In this document: positions 26,489 to 36,276 of the stretch, piece by piece
How the letters are laid out: the number at the start of each line of letters is the position of its first letter
Numbering within the stretch: position 1 is the first letter of the stretch
Source of the DNA: a virus
Lineage: Duplodnaviria > Caudoviricetes
Direction: 5' to 3' (one strand)
IMG/VR virus record: IMGVR_UViG_3300037484_000515
Location: 1 to 48,429 of that record
Length of the DNA: 48,429 bases
The notes under the pieces: model-generated
Databases searched by the model: none
Seen by the model: the letters and a program-made list of their open reading frames with translations, nothing else
What the model was told of the DNA's origin: nothing
Made by a program: the position numbers and the translations under genes

Positions 26489-26836
26489 TCATTCTCCTTT
26501 GGCGTCGTCGCCGATTAGACCGTATTTTTTGAGATAATTGATAATTAGCATACCGCAAAAATCATCTTCGATTCTGTAATGTTCCAGCATCGCCGCCTCC
26601 GCCTCTTTTCTGCGCTTGGTCTCGGCTTCGAGTTCATCTTGCAATCCAGACATTTCCGCCGCCATTTCCATCACCCTTTGAGCGTCGCCACGCCCAAGTT
26701 CGAGGGCGGTTTCGAGGGCGGAAAAGTCGCGGAAAAGATTTAAATGCCACCTTTCCTGCATGGACAATGGCCTTTGCGTAGTGATAATTTCTAATTGCTT
26801 CCGAGCGAAATAACGCTCTTTTGCTGCCGTCATCAT
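26489..26836 (-). CDS. Hypothetical coiled-coil protein
   Basis: GGAGG RBS. Confidence 0.6.
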   Translation of the reverse strand: MMTAAKERYFARKQLEIITTQRPLSMQERWHLNLFRDFSALETALELGRGDAQRVMEMAAEMSGLQDELEAETKRRKEAEAAMLEHYRIEDDFCGMLIINYLKKYGLIGDDAKGE

Positions 26837-26989
26837 TTTGCCTCCCAGATTGTTAAGGAACTGACAGGGTGGCCTTAATTTGCCCCAGGACGGGCGATCT
26901 GCTTCGGGGGGCTATTCTGATGCCCTTTTGGGCTTTTGATTGAAAACTCCCGCAACAAACCCTATGAATTTCAATAGAACGGCGCATTA

Positions 26990-27811
26990 TCACTTCTTGA
27001 TCTCAAGGTTTTTGAACGGATTGCCCACAAATCCGCTTCCCCCGTCTCTGCGTCTTAGCGGCGGCGAATCGGGCGGGACATAGCCGGTGCGCTGCGGAAT
27101 GTCTTTAAGTGCGAATAACCCTTGCCAGTTGTTCGCCAGGGATTGATCTACGATTTTTCGCGCATCCCCCGCCTTCAGGCAAAGATTCATCAACTGCTTA
27201 ATCGCCCTCTTCTCGCTTTCGATGGTTTTCCATTTCTTGCCGATTCGATTTTTCGTCCAGTCTTGCCATACTTCCCAAAAACGATCAACTTCCGGCGTTA
27301 GGGTGGCGATGTATGATTTGAGTTCAATTTGTCGAGCAAGGGGAAGGGGCGGCGAAGCCGCAGGAGGCGGCAAAGTCGCCAAAGGTATCTCGGTTACAGT
27401 ATCAGGAGAAGGTATCAATGTTAAGGTATCAGGAGAAAGTATGTCAACGTTACTTAACGGTTGTTTAACGGTTAGATAACCGTTAGATAACGGTGCAGGT
27501 GGAATTATGCTTGCTCGTTCTGTCTTGTGTGGTTTTTGATGTCTTTGAAAATTATTGACTTGGATATAAGATTCGCCGTTGACCTTGTAGCGCGTAATGA
27601 ATTCAGGATGGAGTTGGGAAAGCGCATTTTCGATATTGTGATCGTCATAGGGAATAACTTGCGCCTTTATTTTGCTTGGACGATCCTCAAGCCGACCCTC
27701 TCTGTCAGCCAAGCACCAAAGCCCTGCAAATAGGATTCGGGTCAATGGCGGCAGTTTTGCCAAGTCATCATCAAGAAAGAAGTCCGGCTTTATCAATCTC
27801 GTCCTCGCCAT
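26990..27811 (-). CDS. Phage replication initiator / replisome organizer
   Basis: MARTRLIKPDFF...LWCLADREGR...NFQRHQ N-terminal domain, low-complexity linker, QSLANNWQGLF C-terminal domain. Confidence 0.85.
   Translation of the reverse strand: MARTRLIKPDFFLDDDLAKLPPLTRILFAGLWCLADREGRLEDRPSKIKAQVIPYDDHNIENALSQLHPEFITRYKVNGESYIQVNNFQRHQKPHKTERASIIPPAPLSNGYLTVKQPLSNVDILSPDTLTLIPSPDTVTEIPLATLPPPAASPPLPLARQIELKSYIATLTPEVDRFWEVWQDWTKNRIGKKWKTIESEKRAIKQLMNLCLKAGDARKIVDQSLANNWQGLFALKDIPQRTGYVPPDSPPLRRRDGGSGFVGNPFKNLEIKK
27382..27494. repeat. Iteron-like repeats, probable replication origin inside the initiator gene
   Basis: GTATCAGGAGAA x2, TAACGGT x3, GTTAGATAAC x2 in the linker region, as in lambdoid origins. 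Confidence 0.65.
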
Positions 27812-28095
27812 GAAGGTTCCAGTCTTTCATCGCTTAATTTCTGGCGGCGGCGACCGGATTTGCTGTATCGCTCAAGGCGACCTTTACGCACCGGCTCGCT
27901 GGTCTGGCTATCCTTAACGCGCCGTGTAGTTCCTACACAGGACGACAGCTATCTCGCTACGGGTGCATACCCCTGCCGCGCCGCTGCCATTTTATAGATG
28001 TGCGGGCATTTTGTCAATCTGGCTGAGGCTACCCCGCATCTCCTCAGTTCGTTTGGGAGCTACCCAACCTCACGTTATCCCCGCCGCCATGAGGA

Positions 28096-28599
28096 TTATC
28101 TAATCGTCAAAATTGGATCGCCTTCCCCCAGACACGCCCCCTCTACTACGACCCCCGTATCCAGCGCATCGTGCAGCATCTTCTTGTCTAACTGCGGCGG
28201 CGGCGGCGGCGGCGGAGCCTTGAAATAGACCCCTGGAATCTTACTCTCGTCGGCGATCACGAGTTTAGATTTCCCCTCCCTGGCCGATAGGCTGAAAAGC
28301 GCATCCTTGACTTTGACGATGTTCAGTTTGAGCATCCAGAAGGCCGTATGCTTGCGGAGCGATCTGATTCTGTCCTTGATCGCGCCCTGCCGCGTCGTCA
28401 GCCGTTCAACTTCAAATTCAATCCCCTCGTGCTCGGCCTCAAGCCCCTTGATGAGTTTGCCGACATCCACGCAGGCCGCCTCAAATGATTCCGCCGCCTT
28501 GAAATACTCATCGGCTTGCTCGGATGTTACTTCGCCGCCGGATTCTTCGGCCTGCATCTGGATTAATTCCAGCTTTTTGCTGATAGGATAAAGCTGCAT
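28096..28599 (-). CDS. Siphovirus Gp157-like protein
   Basis: IEFEVERL...IKDRIRSLR...IADESKIP...LDKKML...VEGACL...LTIR. Confidence 0.8.
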   Translation of the reverse strand: MQLYPISKKLELIQMQAEESGGEVTSEQADEYFKAAESFEAACVDVGKLIKGLEAEHEGIEFEVERLTTRQGAIKDRIRSLRKHTAFWMLKLNIVKVKDALFSLSAREGKSKLVIADESKIPGVYFKAPPPPPPPQLDKKMLHDALDTGVVVEGACLGEGDPILTIR

Positions 28600-28608
28600 T
28601 GTGTCTCC

Positions 28609-28980
28609 TTAGAATGGTATATCTTCGCCTTCTTCTTCGGCAGTTAGTCTATCAAGCGGAAGAGTTTCTTTCGTGATAGGTGCGCCAAGATCTGTTATAC
28701 TGCGCGCTTGCAGTTTAGTCGTGCGATTGACATAGCCCGCCTTGCTCACCCATGCCCGCGTGCTCGCCCATGAATGGACTTCGACTTTCGATCCGATAGG
28801 GCACAACTCAAGCTCATCTATCGCATTCATTTTGCCATGCCAAAATTCAATGTCAAGTTCCGTTTTGTCATCTATCGTCAATGTTACGACTATGAAAGTC
28901 GTTCCGCTCGGTATGGCTTTAGTCGTCTTATCCTTGATCGTGCCACGGCAAACGTGCGTATTGGATTCGGCCATTAGCAA
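28609..28980 (-). CDS. ssb: Single-stranded DNA-binding protein
   Basis: OB-fold-like, acidic tail ending EDIPF, next to the annealing protein. Confidence 0.75.
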   Translation of the reverse strand: MLMAESNTHVCRGTIKDKTTKAIPSGTTFIVVTLTIDDKTELDIEFWHGKMNAIDELELCPIGSKVEVHSWASTRAWVSKAGYVNRTTKLQARSITDLGAPITKETLPLDRLTAEEEGEDIPF

Positions 28981-29765
28981 GCCTCCTGGTAAAGTTGCGT
29001 CAGCGTCGCGAGCTTTTCGGGGAAATCGTAGTTCATGTCCTTGCCTTGAAAGACAATCCCCGCTTTTTCGATTGATTGCATAACTGCCTGTGCCGATTCG
29101 GGCTCAAGTTTATTCACGTAGTCAAGATAAATTTTCGATAGGGTTCCGGCTTTCCCGCCCAAGAATGCTTGCAAGCCCCTCTTGACCAACTCGTTTTGCA
29201 GAGTAAATTCAGGATTGATTCCCGGCGCTTTCAGGGCAAGCAGAAGCGTCAATGCTTCGCGCTTGAAGCCCTTCTTAGCAAATTCCTCTTCCCAGATTTC
29301 AAGCGCACTGCGCTTATCCCCTTCGACCGGTCGGCTGTATTTGCTGCCGTCCCAATAGCCGCGATAGATGTCCGCGCCCACGCCCAGCATCTTCATTGCC
29401 ACGCTCAGAGCATCCGTTACGGCCATCTTGAAGGCTTCATCGTTGGCATGGAGACCCTTTGTTTCTTGCTCAATAAGCATCGAGCCACCAATCCCAGGGA
29501 TAGCATCGCTCCAAGTCTTATTTATAACGACGTATAGGTTCACTTGAGCGAAAGCGAAAATCTGTTCAGCCGGTGCTGATTCTGTCCAGAGTTTAAGGAT
29601 TTCGTATTTCCATCCGACTCCGCACTCTCCAAACACCTCGGTCATCACCTCATAGCGCCATTGAGGTTTAATGTCGGTTTTCCCCGATAATCTCCCGCCC
29701 GTAATTTTTGAAAGCGCATCTTTAGGCGGAGCCTTTAGCTTATCCCAAATTTCTAATGACATCAT
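28974..29765 (-). CDS. Rad52/Sak-like single-strand annealing protein
   Basis: IKPQWRYEVMTEVFGECGVGW...AFKMAVTDALSVAMKMLGVGADIY. Confidence 0.85.
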   Translation of the reverse strand: MMSLEIWDKLKAPPKDALSKITGGRLSGKTDIKPQWRYEVMTEVFGECGVGWKYEILKLWTESAPAEQIFAFAQVNLYVVINKTWSDAIPGIGGSMLIEQETKGLHANDEAFKMAVTDALSVAMKMLGVGADIYRGYWDGSKYSRPVEGDKRSALEIWEEEFAKKGFKREALTLLLALKAPGINPEFTLQNELVKRGLQAFLGGKAGTLSKIYLDYVNKLEPESAQAVMQSIEKAGIVFQGKDMNYDFPEKLATLTQLYQEAC

Positions 29766-29947
29766 AGACTCCTATTTTTTTCATTGTCAGGGTGTTCCAA
29801 TTTTTCGTGGGCGCCCTCATTTTCTTGTGCGAGCCTTACTCCAAGCGCAAAGCATTTTATTCCGAAATCGTTAACCGCTTTGAATGCCTTCTCCATATCA
29901 GGTTTCAAGGCAAGCACGGCCTTTGTGGCCTGTTCATCTGGGATCAT
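29762..29947 (-). CDS. Hypothetical protein
   Basis: GGAG RBS; coupled. Confidence 0.5.
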   Translation of the reverse strand: MIPDEQATKAVLALKPDMEKAFKAVNDFGIKCFALGVRLAQENEGAHEKLEHPDNEKNRSL

Positions 29948-29967
29948 TTTTGGGTCTCCAATCTCGG

Positions 29968-30348
29968 TTAAGTTTTATCCGGCGGGCTGGTGACGGTGTC
30001 GCGCGCACGCTCACGCCCCTTGTCCTCGAAAACTTTGAGAGGATCAGGCCCGCCGGAAGATGATTCTTCAGTTATGCCATACAGTTGACTTAGTTCTGCA
30101 ATGGGATTGCCGGCAATTTCCAAAATGCTCTTGCGCCGGACAATGATGACTTGCAAACCCCTATATTTCCATCTATGTCCAAAAAGATTTCGCTGCGCAT
30201 CGGACAGTCTATAAGGATATTGGCCTATTGCCCAAGTCCACTGATTATACTGCTCGAATCCCATTATGATAAATTCAGGCTTGATGCCAATAGATTTCCG
30301 ACGAGCGATTAGCGCGTCAATTTTCTCGAAGATATATTGATACTTCAT
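29968..30348 (-). CDS. Hypothetical protein
   Basis: Coupled to the upstream gene. Confidence 0.55.
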   Translation of the reverse strand: MKYQYIFEKIDALIARRKSIGIKPEFIIMGFEQYNQWTWAIGQYPYRLSDAQRNLFGHRWKYRGLQVIIVRRKSILEIAGNPIAELSQLYGITEESSSGGPDPLKVFEDKGRERARDTVTSPPDKT

Positions 30349-30572
30349 ATCAATCTCTCCACGAGAATCTCGTCTATCGCCCGCACGACCATCGCGTAAA
30401 ACGTCGGATCAAATTTTAGATATGCGCGCATGTGGTTCGAGAGGTGGGGAAGGCTGGCCTGCCGACCGGAGCGAGCCAGGACGATTTTGGAGGCGACCTG
30501 GGTTAGGGTGATTTTGGGATCTTGACTCATCATCAAGATTCTCAGTTGCAGGTATTTGTTTCTTCGCTTCAT
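30345..30572 (-). CDS. Possible Cro-like HTH regulator
   Basis: First gene of the replication operon after an AT-rich gap; ITLTQVA...SLPHLSNHM. Confidence 0.45.
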   Translation of the reverse strand: MKRRNKYLQLRILMMSQDPKITLTQVASKIVLARSGRQASLPHLSNHMRAYLKFDPTFYAMVVRAIDEILVERLI

Positions 30573-30645
30573 GCCGTAAAATTTAATCAAATAAAATCAC
30601 CGTGAAAGACCTTTTTAAAGATTTTTGCAATTCAGGGAAAATTTA

Positions 30646-30667
30646 AGCCCTTAAAACATAAGGGCTT
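30646..30667 (-). terminator. Hairpin/palindrome after the endolysin gene
   Basis: AAGCCCTTA...TAAGGGCTT at the boundary between lysis and replication genes; terminator or operator. Confidence 0.45.
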
Positions 30668-30696
30668 GTGAATTCGGAAAGAATAGAGTGCGGGAG

Positions 30697-31101
30697 CTAA
30701 AGCATTTCTACCTCGAATCCTTTATCCGGCCTGATGTCCAGATGCACGTGGGTCGCCGTGCCATGATCCTTGATGAGGCAATAGACTCCGGCGAACTGCC
30801 TATCGCAATAATCCTTAACCTTGCGCCGCCATGTTTCAGGCGATCTCTCGCTCTGGGGTGGGTTAAAGTCCGCCGCTCGGCATTTGCCCGTTTCGGGATC
30901 TGGCAAGTGCTTGCTGTTTTTGGCTGAATCCGGCAGAGAGTCATTCTCCCGTTGGCTACGGCACAGACAGGTGATACGGATTCCGTTCATGTATAAGGCC
31001 AGAATCCGCAACACGTTCTTCAGCCGCTCGTCCAGCGCCGTCCCATACCACTCAGATCTCAGCCGCTCGGACGCATTGAAGGAAATCAATACGGCTGGCA
31101 T
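30697..31101 (-). CDS. Endolysin, peptidase M15 family
   Basis: ITCLCRS...NSKHL...RAADF...HVHLD (SxH, D, HxH Zn ligands). Confidence 0.85.
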   Translation of the reverse strand: MPAVLISFNASERLRSEWYGTALDERLKNVLRILALYMNGIRITCLCRSQRENDSLPDSAKNSKHLPDPETGKCRAADFNPPQSERSPETWRRKVKDYCDRQFAGVYCLIKDHGTATHVHLDIRPDKGFEVEML

Positions 31102-31350
31102 CTATTTCTCCTTAATTTCGCGGGTATTTCCGGCCTTATGAGCCGTTAAGCCCAGTGCGGCAAAGATCGCGGCGATGGCTTCCGGCGTTGTCATTTGACC
31201 CGCTGACCAAGCCAGCAAGATCGTGATGATCGCTCCGGTATACATGAGATAGGTTTTCTTCCCCGCCAGAAACTTGCGAATGTCTGTAAGCATTTTCCCT
31301 CCGAAGAGTTGAAGTCCAATGGTCAGTATTTTGATCTTGAGCTTATTCAT
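31102..31350 (-). CDS. Holin-like two-TM protein
   Basis: LAGKKTY then two hydrophobic helices; directly upstream of the endolysin. Confidence 0.65.
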   Translation of the reverse strand: MNKLKIKILTIGLQLFGGKMLTDIRKFLAGKKTYLMYTGAIITILLAWSAGQMTTPEAIAAIFAALGLTAHKAGNTREIKEK

Positions 31351-31466
31351 ATTTTGCTTTTGCCGTTAGTATGTCGTCTGATTTTTCCGCCCTGCTTGCG
31401 AGGCCGCTTATACTGTCTCCGCATCTTTGTTTTATGTTTGATGGGTTCCACGATCCGACCGTTCAT
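31347..31466 (-). CDS. 39-aa cationic peptide in the lysis cassette
   Basis: MNGRIVEPIKHKTKMRRQYKRPRKQGGKIRRHTNGKSKI; fills the gap exactly, with an ATGA overlap. Confidence 0.55.
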   Translation of the reverse strand: MNGRIVEPIKHKTKMRRQYKRPRKQGGKIRRHTNGKSKI

Positions 31467-31467
31467 T

Positions 31468-31743
31468 TCAGCAATCGCCCCTCTTCCATCCTGGCTGAAA
31501 GCACGGAGCCTTGTCGAAAATCGTCTCGATCTTTTTTCCTTGTTCGTCTAATTTCTGATTTGTCAACCGCACTTCAATCGTCAGGCTATCCACGCTGGTC
31601 GCCAGACCGTTTTTGTCTTCTTTGGTATCCGTCAAATGCTGGATCTGTTTCTCCGTCCAGTTACGGTTTTTCCAGTAGGTTCCTATGGCCGTGCCAAAGG
31701 CTCCTAAGATACCGATGGCGGTAGCGACTTGTGTTAATTCCAT
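31468..31743 (-). CDS. Single-TM coiled-coil lysis-cassette protein (holin/antiholin-like)
   Basis: AAGGAG RBS; N-terminal TM followed by a coiled coil. Confidence 0.6.
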   Translation of the reverse strand: MELTQVATAIGILGAFGTAIGTYWKNRNWTEKQIQHLTDTKEDKNGLATSVDSLTIEVRLTNQKLDEQGKKIETIFDKAPCFQPGWKRGDC

Positions 31744-31753
31744 GCGTTTCTCC

Positions 31754-33007
31754 TTAGTAGGCGCCGCGATCCCGCACCACATCATAAATTACCGAATCAC
31801 CATCTACCCAGAAAGTCGTATCCGTCCCGCTGAGAATTGTGCCCAATACATTGCGGACAAAGGGAACATCACCAGGGTCATCAACGATTTTCAGGGTTCC
31901 ATTTAGGCCAAAGAGCGCAGTAGAAGAACCGTTATCCAGCCAACCTCTAACCCCGCCCGTATAGTCAATAGCGGGGATGGTCATAACACTCGCCCCGCCT
32001 GTTGCCGAACTTACGTAATGCCCGCCCATAATGAGACTCTTTGCGCTGGACGTAGATTTGTAGGTCGGAGCCGTCGCGCTTTCTTTGTTCATCATGAAGT
32101 TTTCGACGAGGGATACGCTTCCTGATCCGGCCATCTGCACAGTGCCGTTAGTGGCATCGTTATTCTCCATTGCCGACCAAAGAAAGGAGCCGCCGCCCGA
32201 CGTAGTAAGATTAGTGAAAGTCGGCCCATCTCCGGCATTATAGAAAATACCGTGATAGCCCCCGCCAAATCCAGAATTGGCGGCTACGGCGATACAAGTG
32301 CTGTCGCTGTAAATGCGCGAATAGCGAGTATGGGCGAATGCGCCATCTACGACTTTCAATCCGTTCTGCGCCGTCGCACCGGCTGAAAGAGGATATTGCC
32401 AGACGGGTTCTACGAAGAGTGGATAACCCCATTGGCAATCCACAAACCATGCCGAGTCCGCCGAAGAACCCGTTGTGCCCCCCGCATACATCCCGCCATA
32501 CGTGCCGATCTCAAACTGATTCCCCTCGAAGTAGGTTACGTTATCGCCGATGTTAAATGCGTTGGCCTTGATCCGCGAATTGCTGATGGAGTAATTGACG
32601 GTTCCGGCTCGCATCCAGCTTCCCGTTCCGGCACAGCTAATGGTGATATTTTCGATGTGGAACCCCCGTGAAGTCCCGCCCAAAATAAAGATCGTATCCG
32701 ACGCATTGAAGATCACGGAGCCCAGCGGCCCCATGCCCTCAATAAAGATAGCCGTGCCGACCGTCAGATTGCTGTCAGAATAAGTCCCAGGCCAAACATA
32801 GAGCACCCCACCGTCGCCCAAAGACGTTATGGCCGACTGCATAGCTGGGAATTCACCGCCCTTGCCTACAAAGACGACATTATCCGGCTGTTCTATGGCC
32901 TGCGACCCATAAGCACCAAGAATCTGCCCCTGTCCTGGGGGCGGCTGACAAAGCAGGATGCAGATCGCGCAGAACAACAGGCAAAGAATTACAATGAAAG
33001 TTCTCAT
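31754..33007 (-). CDS. Signal-peptide-bearing beta-helix (pectin-lyase-like) protein, possible spike
   Basis: Leader MRTFIVILCLLFCAICILLC; VGKGGEFPAMQSAI...VWPGTY beta-helix start. Confidence 0.7.
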   Translation of the reverse strand: MRTFIVILCLLFCAICILLCQPPPGQGQILGAYGSQAIEQPDNVVFVGKGGEFPAMQSAITSLGDGGVLYVWPGTYSDSNLTVGTAIFIEGMGPLGSVIFNASDTIFILGGTSRGFHIENITISCAGTGSWMRAGTVNYSISNSRIKANAFNIGDNVTYFEGNQFEIGTYGGMYAGGTTGSSADSAWFVDCQWGYPLFVEPVWQYPLSAGATAQNGLKVVDGAFAHTRYSRIYSDSTCIAVAANSGFGGGYHGIFYNAGDGPTFTNLTTSGGGSFLWSAMENNDATNGTVQMAGSGSVSLVENFMMNKESATAPTYKSTSSAKSLIMGGHYVSSATGGASVMTIPAIDYTGGVRGWLDNGSSTALFGLNGTLKIVDDPGDVPFVRNVLGTILSGTDTTFWVDGDSVIYDVVRDRGAY

Positions 33008-33522
33008 TATCGCCTCCACAGTTCAAGTTTAATCCGGTTGCTGTCGTCTGCGGTCGTGCAGTCGTTGGCCGTCTGCTGAATCATAAAATCCAGACCATGC
33101 GGAGGCCAGCCGTTGAAGTCCAGATTGCTGTTATAATGTGCGCTGTCCACCCAAGTAATCGCATTCGTCCAATTCACCGCCGCCGCGCTCAAGCCGTTGT
33201 CAATCGGAAGAGGTGTCCAGGTGATCCCGCCCCCCGCCGAAGACGTGAACGTGTCCGCCACCGCCCCGCCGAAATTCTTGCGGAACCAGAACTCAATGCT
33301 GTCGTGCGTGGCATCCTCATCCAGATCGTCCAGCATCAGCCGCATCACATACAGCCCCAGACCCTGATAATAGCCCAGCGGGATCTTCAACGTGTCCGTC
33401 TGCGTGCTGTCAATCGTAACCGAATCCGACCAGACTTTGTAATAGGCATCGCTCATCCCCGCAGGCTGGCCCCGCGCTACGACGGCCATAAATAAGGCCA
33501 GAATCGCAATGAATCTTTTCAT
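33007..33522 (-). CDS. Signal-peptide-bearing acidic beta-rich protein
   Basis: MKRFIAILALFMAVVARG|Q leader. Confidence 0.75.
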   Translation of the reverse strand: MKRFIAILALFMAVVARGQPAGMSDAYYKVWSDSVTIDSTQTDTLKIPLGYYQGLGLYVMRLMLDDLDEDATHDSIEFWFRKNFGGAVADTFTSSAGGGITWTPLPIDNGLSAAAVNWTNAITWVDSAHYNSNLDFNGWPPHGLDFMIQQTANDCTTADDSNRIKLELWRR

Positions 33523-36275
33523 CTTTCGCCCCCAACTTCTATTTGTTCTTCTTGTTCTGCCTGTTTTGCCAATAACTGAAGTTCGGTGATAATCGCCGCC
33601 CGCTTTGCACCCTCACCGATGGGAATCTTCATACCTTGAGTCAAGAGTTTTACGGCTCGCGGGCTGCGAAGCATCTTGGCAACTACCGTAGATCCGACTT
33701 CGAGTCCGCCAATAATCCAAAGCGCAGAAGGATGATAAATCGCCGCATAACTCGCCGCACCTACCGAAAGTCCCGTATGGACTCGCACAATATTCTTTTT
33801 TACCCCGCCAGCACTTAGAGCTTTATCTGCAACCGAAAAGAATTCTTCCAGATTGCGTGTATAGGTTGGATCTTGAAATAGTTTCGCTTTCGTTCTTGCT
33901 CCAAGTTTCCCAATCGCCGTAAAATCATTGCTTTCAATGGCTTTTTGCAAATAGGCACTTCCAAGTTCTCTGCGAGATTCTGGTGATTCTTTAAGCACCG
34001 CTTCAAGTTGCTTGATGCTTTTATCGTTTGGTTTAAGTAATTGATCGAACACAACGGCAGGTTCATCTCTGAGCTTACTAAGCGTCTCCGCCGCCTCAGC
34101 CTTTGCTTTCCATGCCTTGCGCCCCGATTCCAGTGCCGTCAGTGCTACTGGATCAGCCTTATTGACGGCTGTATTGATTCTTGTTTCCAAATCCCCAACC
34201 GCCTTCGCTGCCGTTCCTTGCTCGATGTTTCGCATGTAGGGAGAATCAGATTTTCTGACAATCCGTTTTAGTCCGCTTAAAAATTCTTCCGCTTCGATTG
34301 CCGAGACACCAAGCTTGGAATTAGCCTCCATGAATCTTTGAATTGTCCTGAAATCACCAGCCGCAATCCCACTTGGATCTATGTTATGTATAGCTTGCAT
34401 TTCATCCCAAATTGGCCGAATAGCAGCTTGAGTTTTTGCAACATCAACGCTAACGGGAGTTTTATCCATGCGTGTTTTCCAGTCATTATAAGCCGCTGTC
34501 CCCTCTTGGTAGAGTTGCTTGATCCGACCTTCAACTCCAGCCCTAACCGACTCACCCGCCGCCAATGGAGTTTGTGCCGTTCCGCCTGTTTGTTGCGCCA
34601 ATTCCTGCGCCCGTCGCGCTATTGCGCCCGCAGTTCTGGCCTGTGCGCCCGTTGCTATGGCACTGCCGCCTGGTGAAGATTCTGCCGCCGCCTGAAGTCC
34701 CGCCACAAGCGGATGTTCACCCGAAGCCGTAGTCGCACTTAACGGCACACCAGATTTCATTACATTTTGCGCTTCGGCATATCCTGGCCTTTTTGAACCT
34801 ATACTCGGAGCGACCGGAACCTTTTTAGGCAATCTACCTATTGCCAATGCTTCGAGATTCCCTACAATCAATCCAACAATATCCCCCATCCCCTCTTTGA
34901 CCAGTCCCCTTTTTATCTTATTGATACCATCGGCCAAAATAGGCTCTCCCGCATCCCATTGAAAATCAATCAATTCATTTAATTTTTCTTGTGGAGACTT
35001 TGTGGTATCAGAAAGAATCCTTTGCTCTTCCGAAATCGCAGCCAATGGCGCGGTAATCAAATTTTCCGGATTCGCAAGGCGATTGAAATTACCCCAAAAC
35101 GATTCAGCATAAGACCCACCCACGCCAAAAGACTCCTGCTTAATGCCTTGCAGTTGTTTCAAATAAGGGTTAGGGGCATTTGCGCCTCCCTGAAGTTCTA
35201 TGGATTGGCGAATTAAGTCATCATCAGATTGTTGCATTGGGTCAAGGGTATCGGGATCGAAGCCGAACCTGGTTAATGCGCTTCTGGCCTCATCGCTCAA
35301 GAAATGAAAGTCCTTTGGCATGGCCATCCCCGTTTCCCATTTATTTTGATGCGCCCTTAGCCGCGTAAACATTAGCTTAAACATTTCATCAATGCCAGAC
35401 AAAATCTGATTTGGGGAATCGGCATTATCAAACATTTTGCGCCACTCTTTCATCTCTTGATCTGTGGCAGCCGCACCGGTTCCCTTATAAACCGAGGCCA
35501 ATTCTCCTGGGGCTGCGGTCGCATCCGCCTGAAAGCGTTTTAATGCGTTAGCAACATCGGGATTCGTAGCGGGCACTTCCTTCGCCGCTAAGTTTTTAAT
35601 ACGATTCCATAATTTGAAGCCACTATTATCTAAGTCCTTTATATTATCATAAATACTTGACAAATGTCCCACTAAAGTATTCATGGCTCGCGTGATGTCC
35701 GCGTCTTTCTTGGCCTCGAAGGATTCGCGTAATGTTTTTCGCGCACCATATTTGGTGTAATCCCACGCGGGGTTTATCTTTAATATTTTTGCCACTACTC
35801 TCTGCCAATATGGTTTTGACATGGCAAAACCAGACGGAAGCGGGATCTTATATACTGCCATACTCCCAGCTACCGCCTCTTCGCCCTCTGGATCAGTATA
35901 ATCGCCCATCCCCGTAGAAGACAATTTTAACCCTGCAAGTTTAGTATCGAGTTCACCCTTAGATTTTGCCGATGCAACATCCGCATCTATCTCCATTTGC
36001 TTAAGGAATTTCTCGTTACCAAAATCCCTATTGGACTTCGCCGCTTCGCCTGTCTGTTTCAAGATTTCCAATGCCAGGCCGTTATCCGCCTGTATCCGCG
36101 CGACATTGCCCGCTTCCTGCATCCGCACCGCCGATTGCATCTTGGCCTCGGCCTCGCCGATCAGCAGGCGCAGTTTATAGGCGATCAAGGCATCATTACC
36201 CTTATCGCGCTCCCGCGCATTTTCGCGCATCCCCTCGCGGAATGCCTGAGCCGCCGCCAGAATATCTAAGGCCAT
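33519..36275 (-). CDS. Large internal virion/DNA ejection protein
   Basis: 918 aa, Ala/Lys-rich and helical, downstream of the nozzle gene, with a C-terminal hydrophobic segment. Confidence 0.65.
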   Translation of the reverse strand: MALDILAAAQAFREGMRENARERDKGNDALIAYKLRLLIGEAEAKMQSAVRMQEAGNVARIQADNGLALEILKQTGEAAKSNRDFGNEKFLKQMEIDADVASAKSKGELDTKLAGLKLSSTGMGDYTDPEGEEAVAGSMAVYKIPLPSGFAMSKPYWQRVVAKILKINPAWDYTKYGARKTLRESFEAKKDADITRAMNTLVGHLSSIYDNIKDLDNSGFKLWNRIKNLAAKEVPATNPDVANALKRFQADATAAPGELASVYKGTGAAATDQEMKEWRKMFDNADSPNQILSGIDEMFKLMFTRLRAHQNKWETGMAMPKDFHFLSDEARSALTRFGFDPDTLDPMQQSDDDLIRQSIELQGGANAPNPYLKQLQGIKQESFGVGGSYAESFWGNFNRLANPENLITAPLAAISEEQRILSDTTKSPQEKLNELIDFQWDAGEPILADGINKIKRGLVKEGMGDIVGLIVGNLEALAIGRLPKKVPVAPSIGSKRPGYAEAQNVMKSGVPLSATTASGEHPLVAGLQAAAESSPGGSAIATGAQARTAGAIARRAQELAQQTGGTAQTPLAAGESVRAGVEGRIKQLYQEGTAAYNDWKTRMDKTPVSVDVAKTQAAIRPIWDEMQAIHNIDPSGIAAGDFRTIQRFMEANSKLGVSAIEAEEFLSGLKRIVRKSDSPYMRNIEQGTAAKAVGDLETRINTAVNKADPVALTALESGRKAWKAKAEAAETLSKLRDEPAVVFDQLLKPNDKSIKQLEAVLKESPESRRELGSAYLQKAIESNDFTAIGKLGARTKAKLFQDPTYTRNLEEFFSVADKALSAGGVKKNIVRVHTGLSVGAASYAAIYHPSALWIIGGLEVGSTVVAKMLRSPRAVKLLTQGMKIPIGEGAKRAAIITELQLLAKQAEQEEQIEVGGER

Positions 36276-36276
36276 A

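Noticed and set aside
27842-27990. Canonical tRNA gene
   Set aside because: No D-arm or anticodon cloverleaf and no TTC T-loop; kept only as an ncRNA candidate.
28194-28217. GGC repeat as a contingency locus
   Set aside because: An in-frame triplet run encoding a polyproline linker in the Gp157-like protein; it cannot switch phase.
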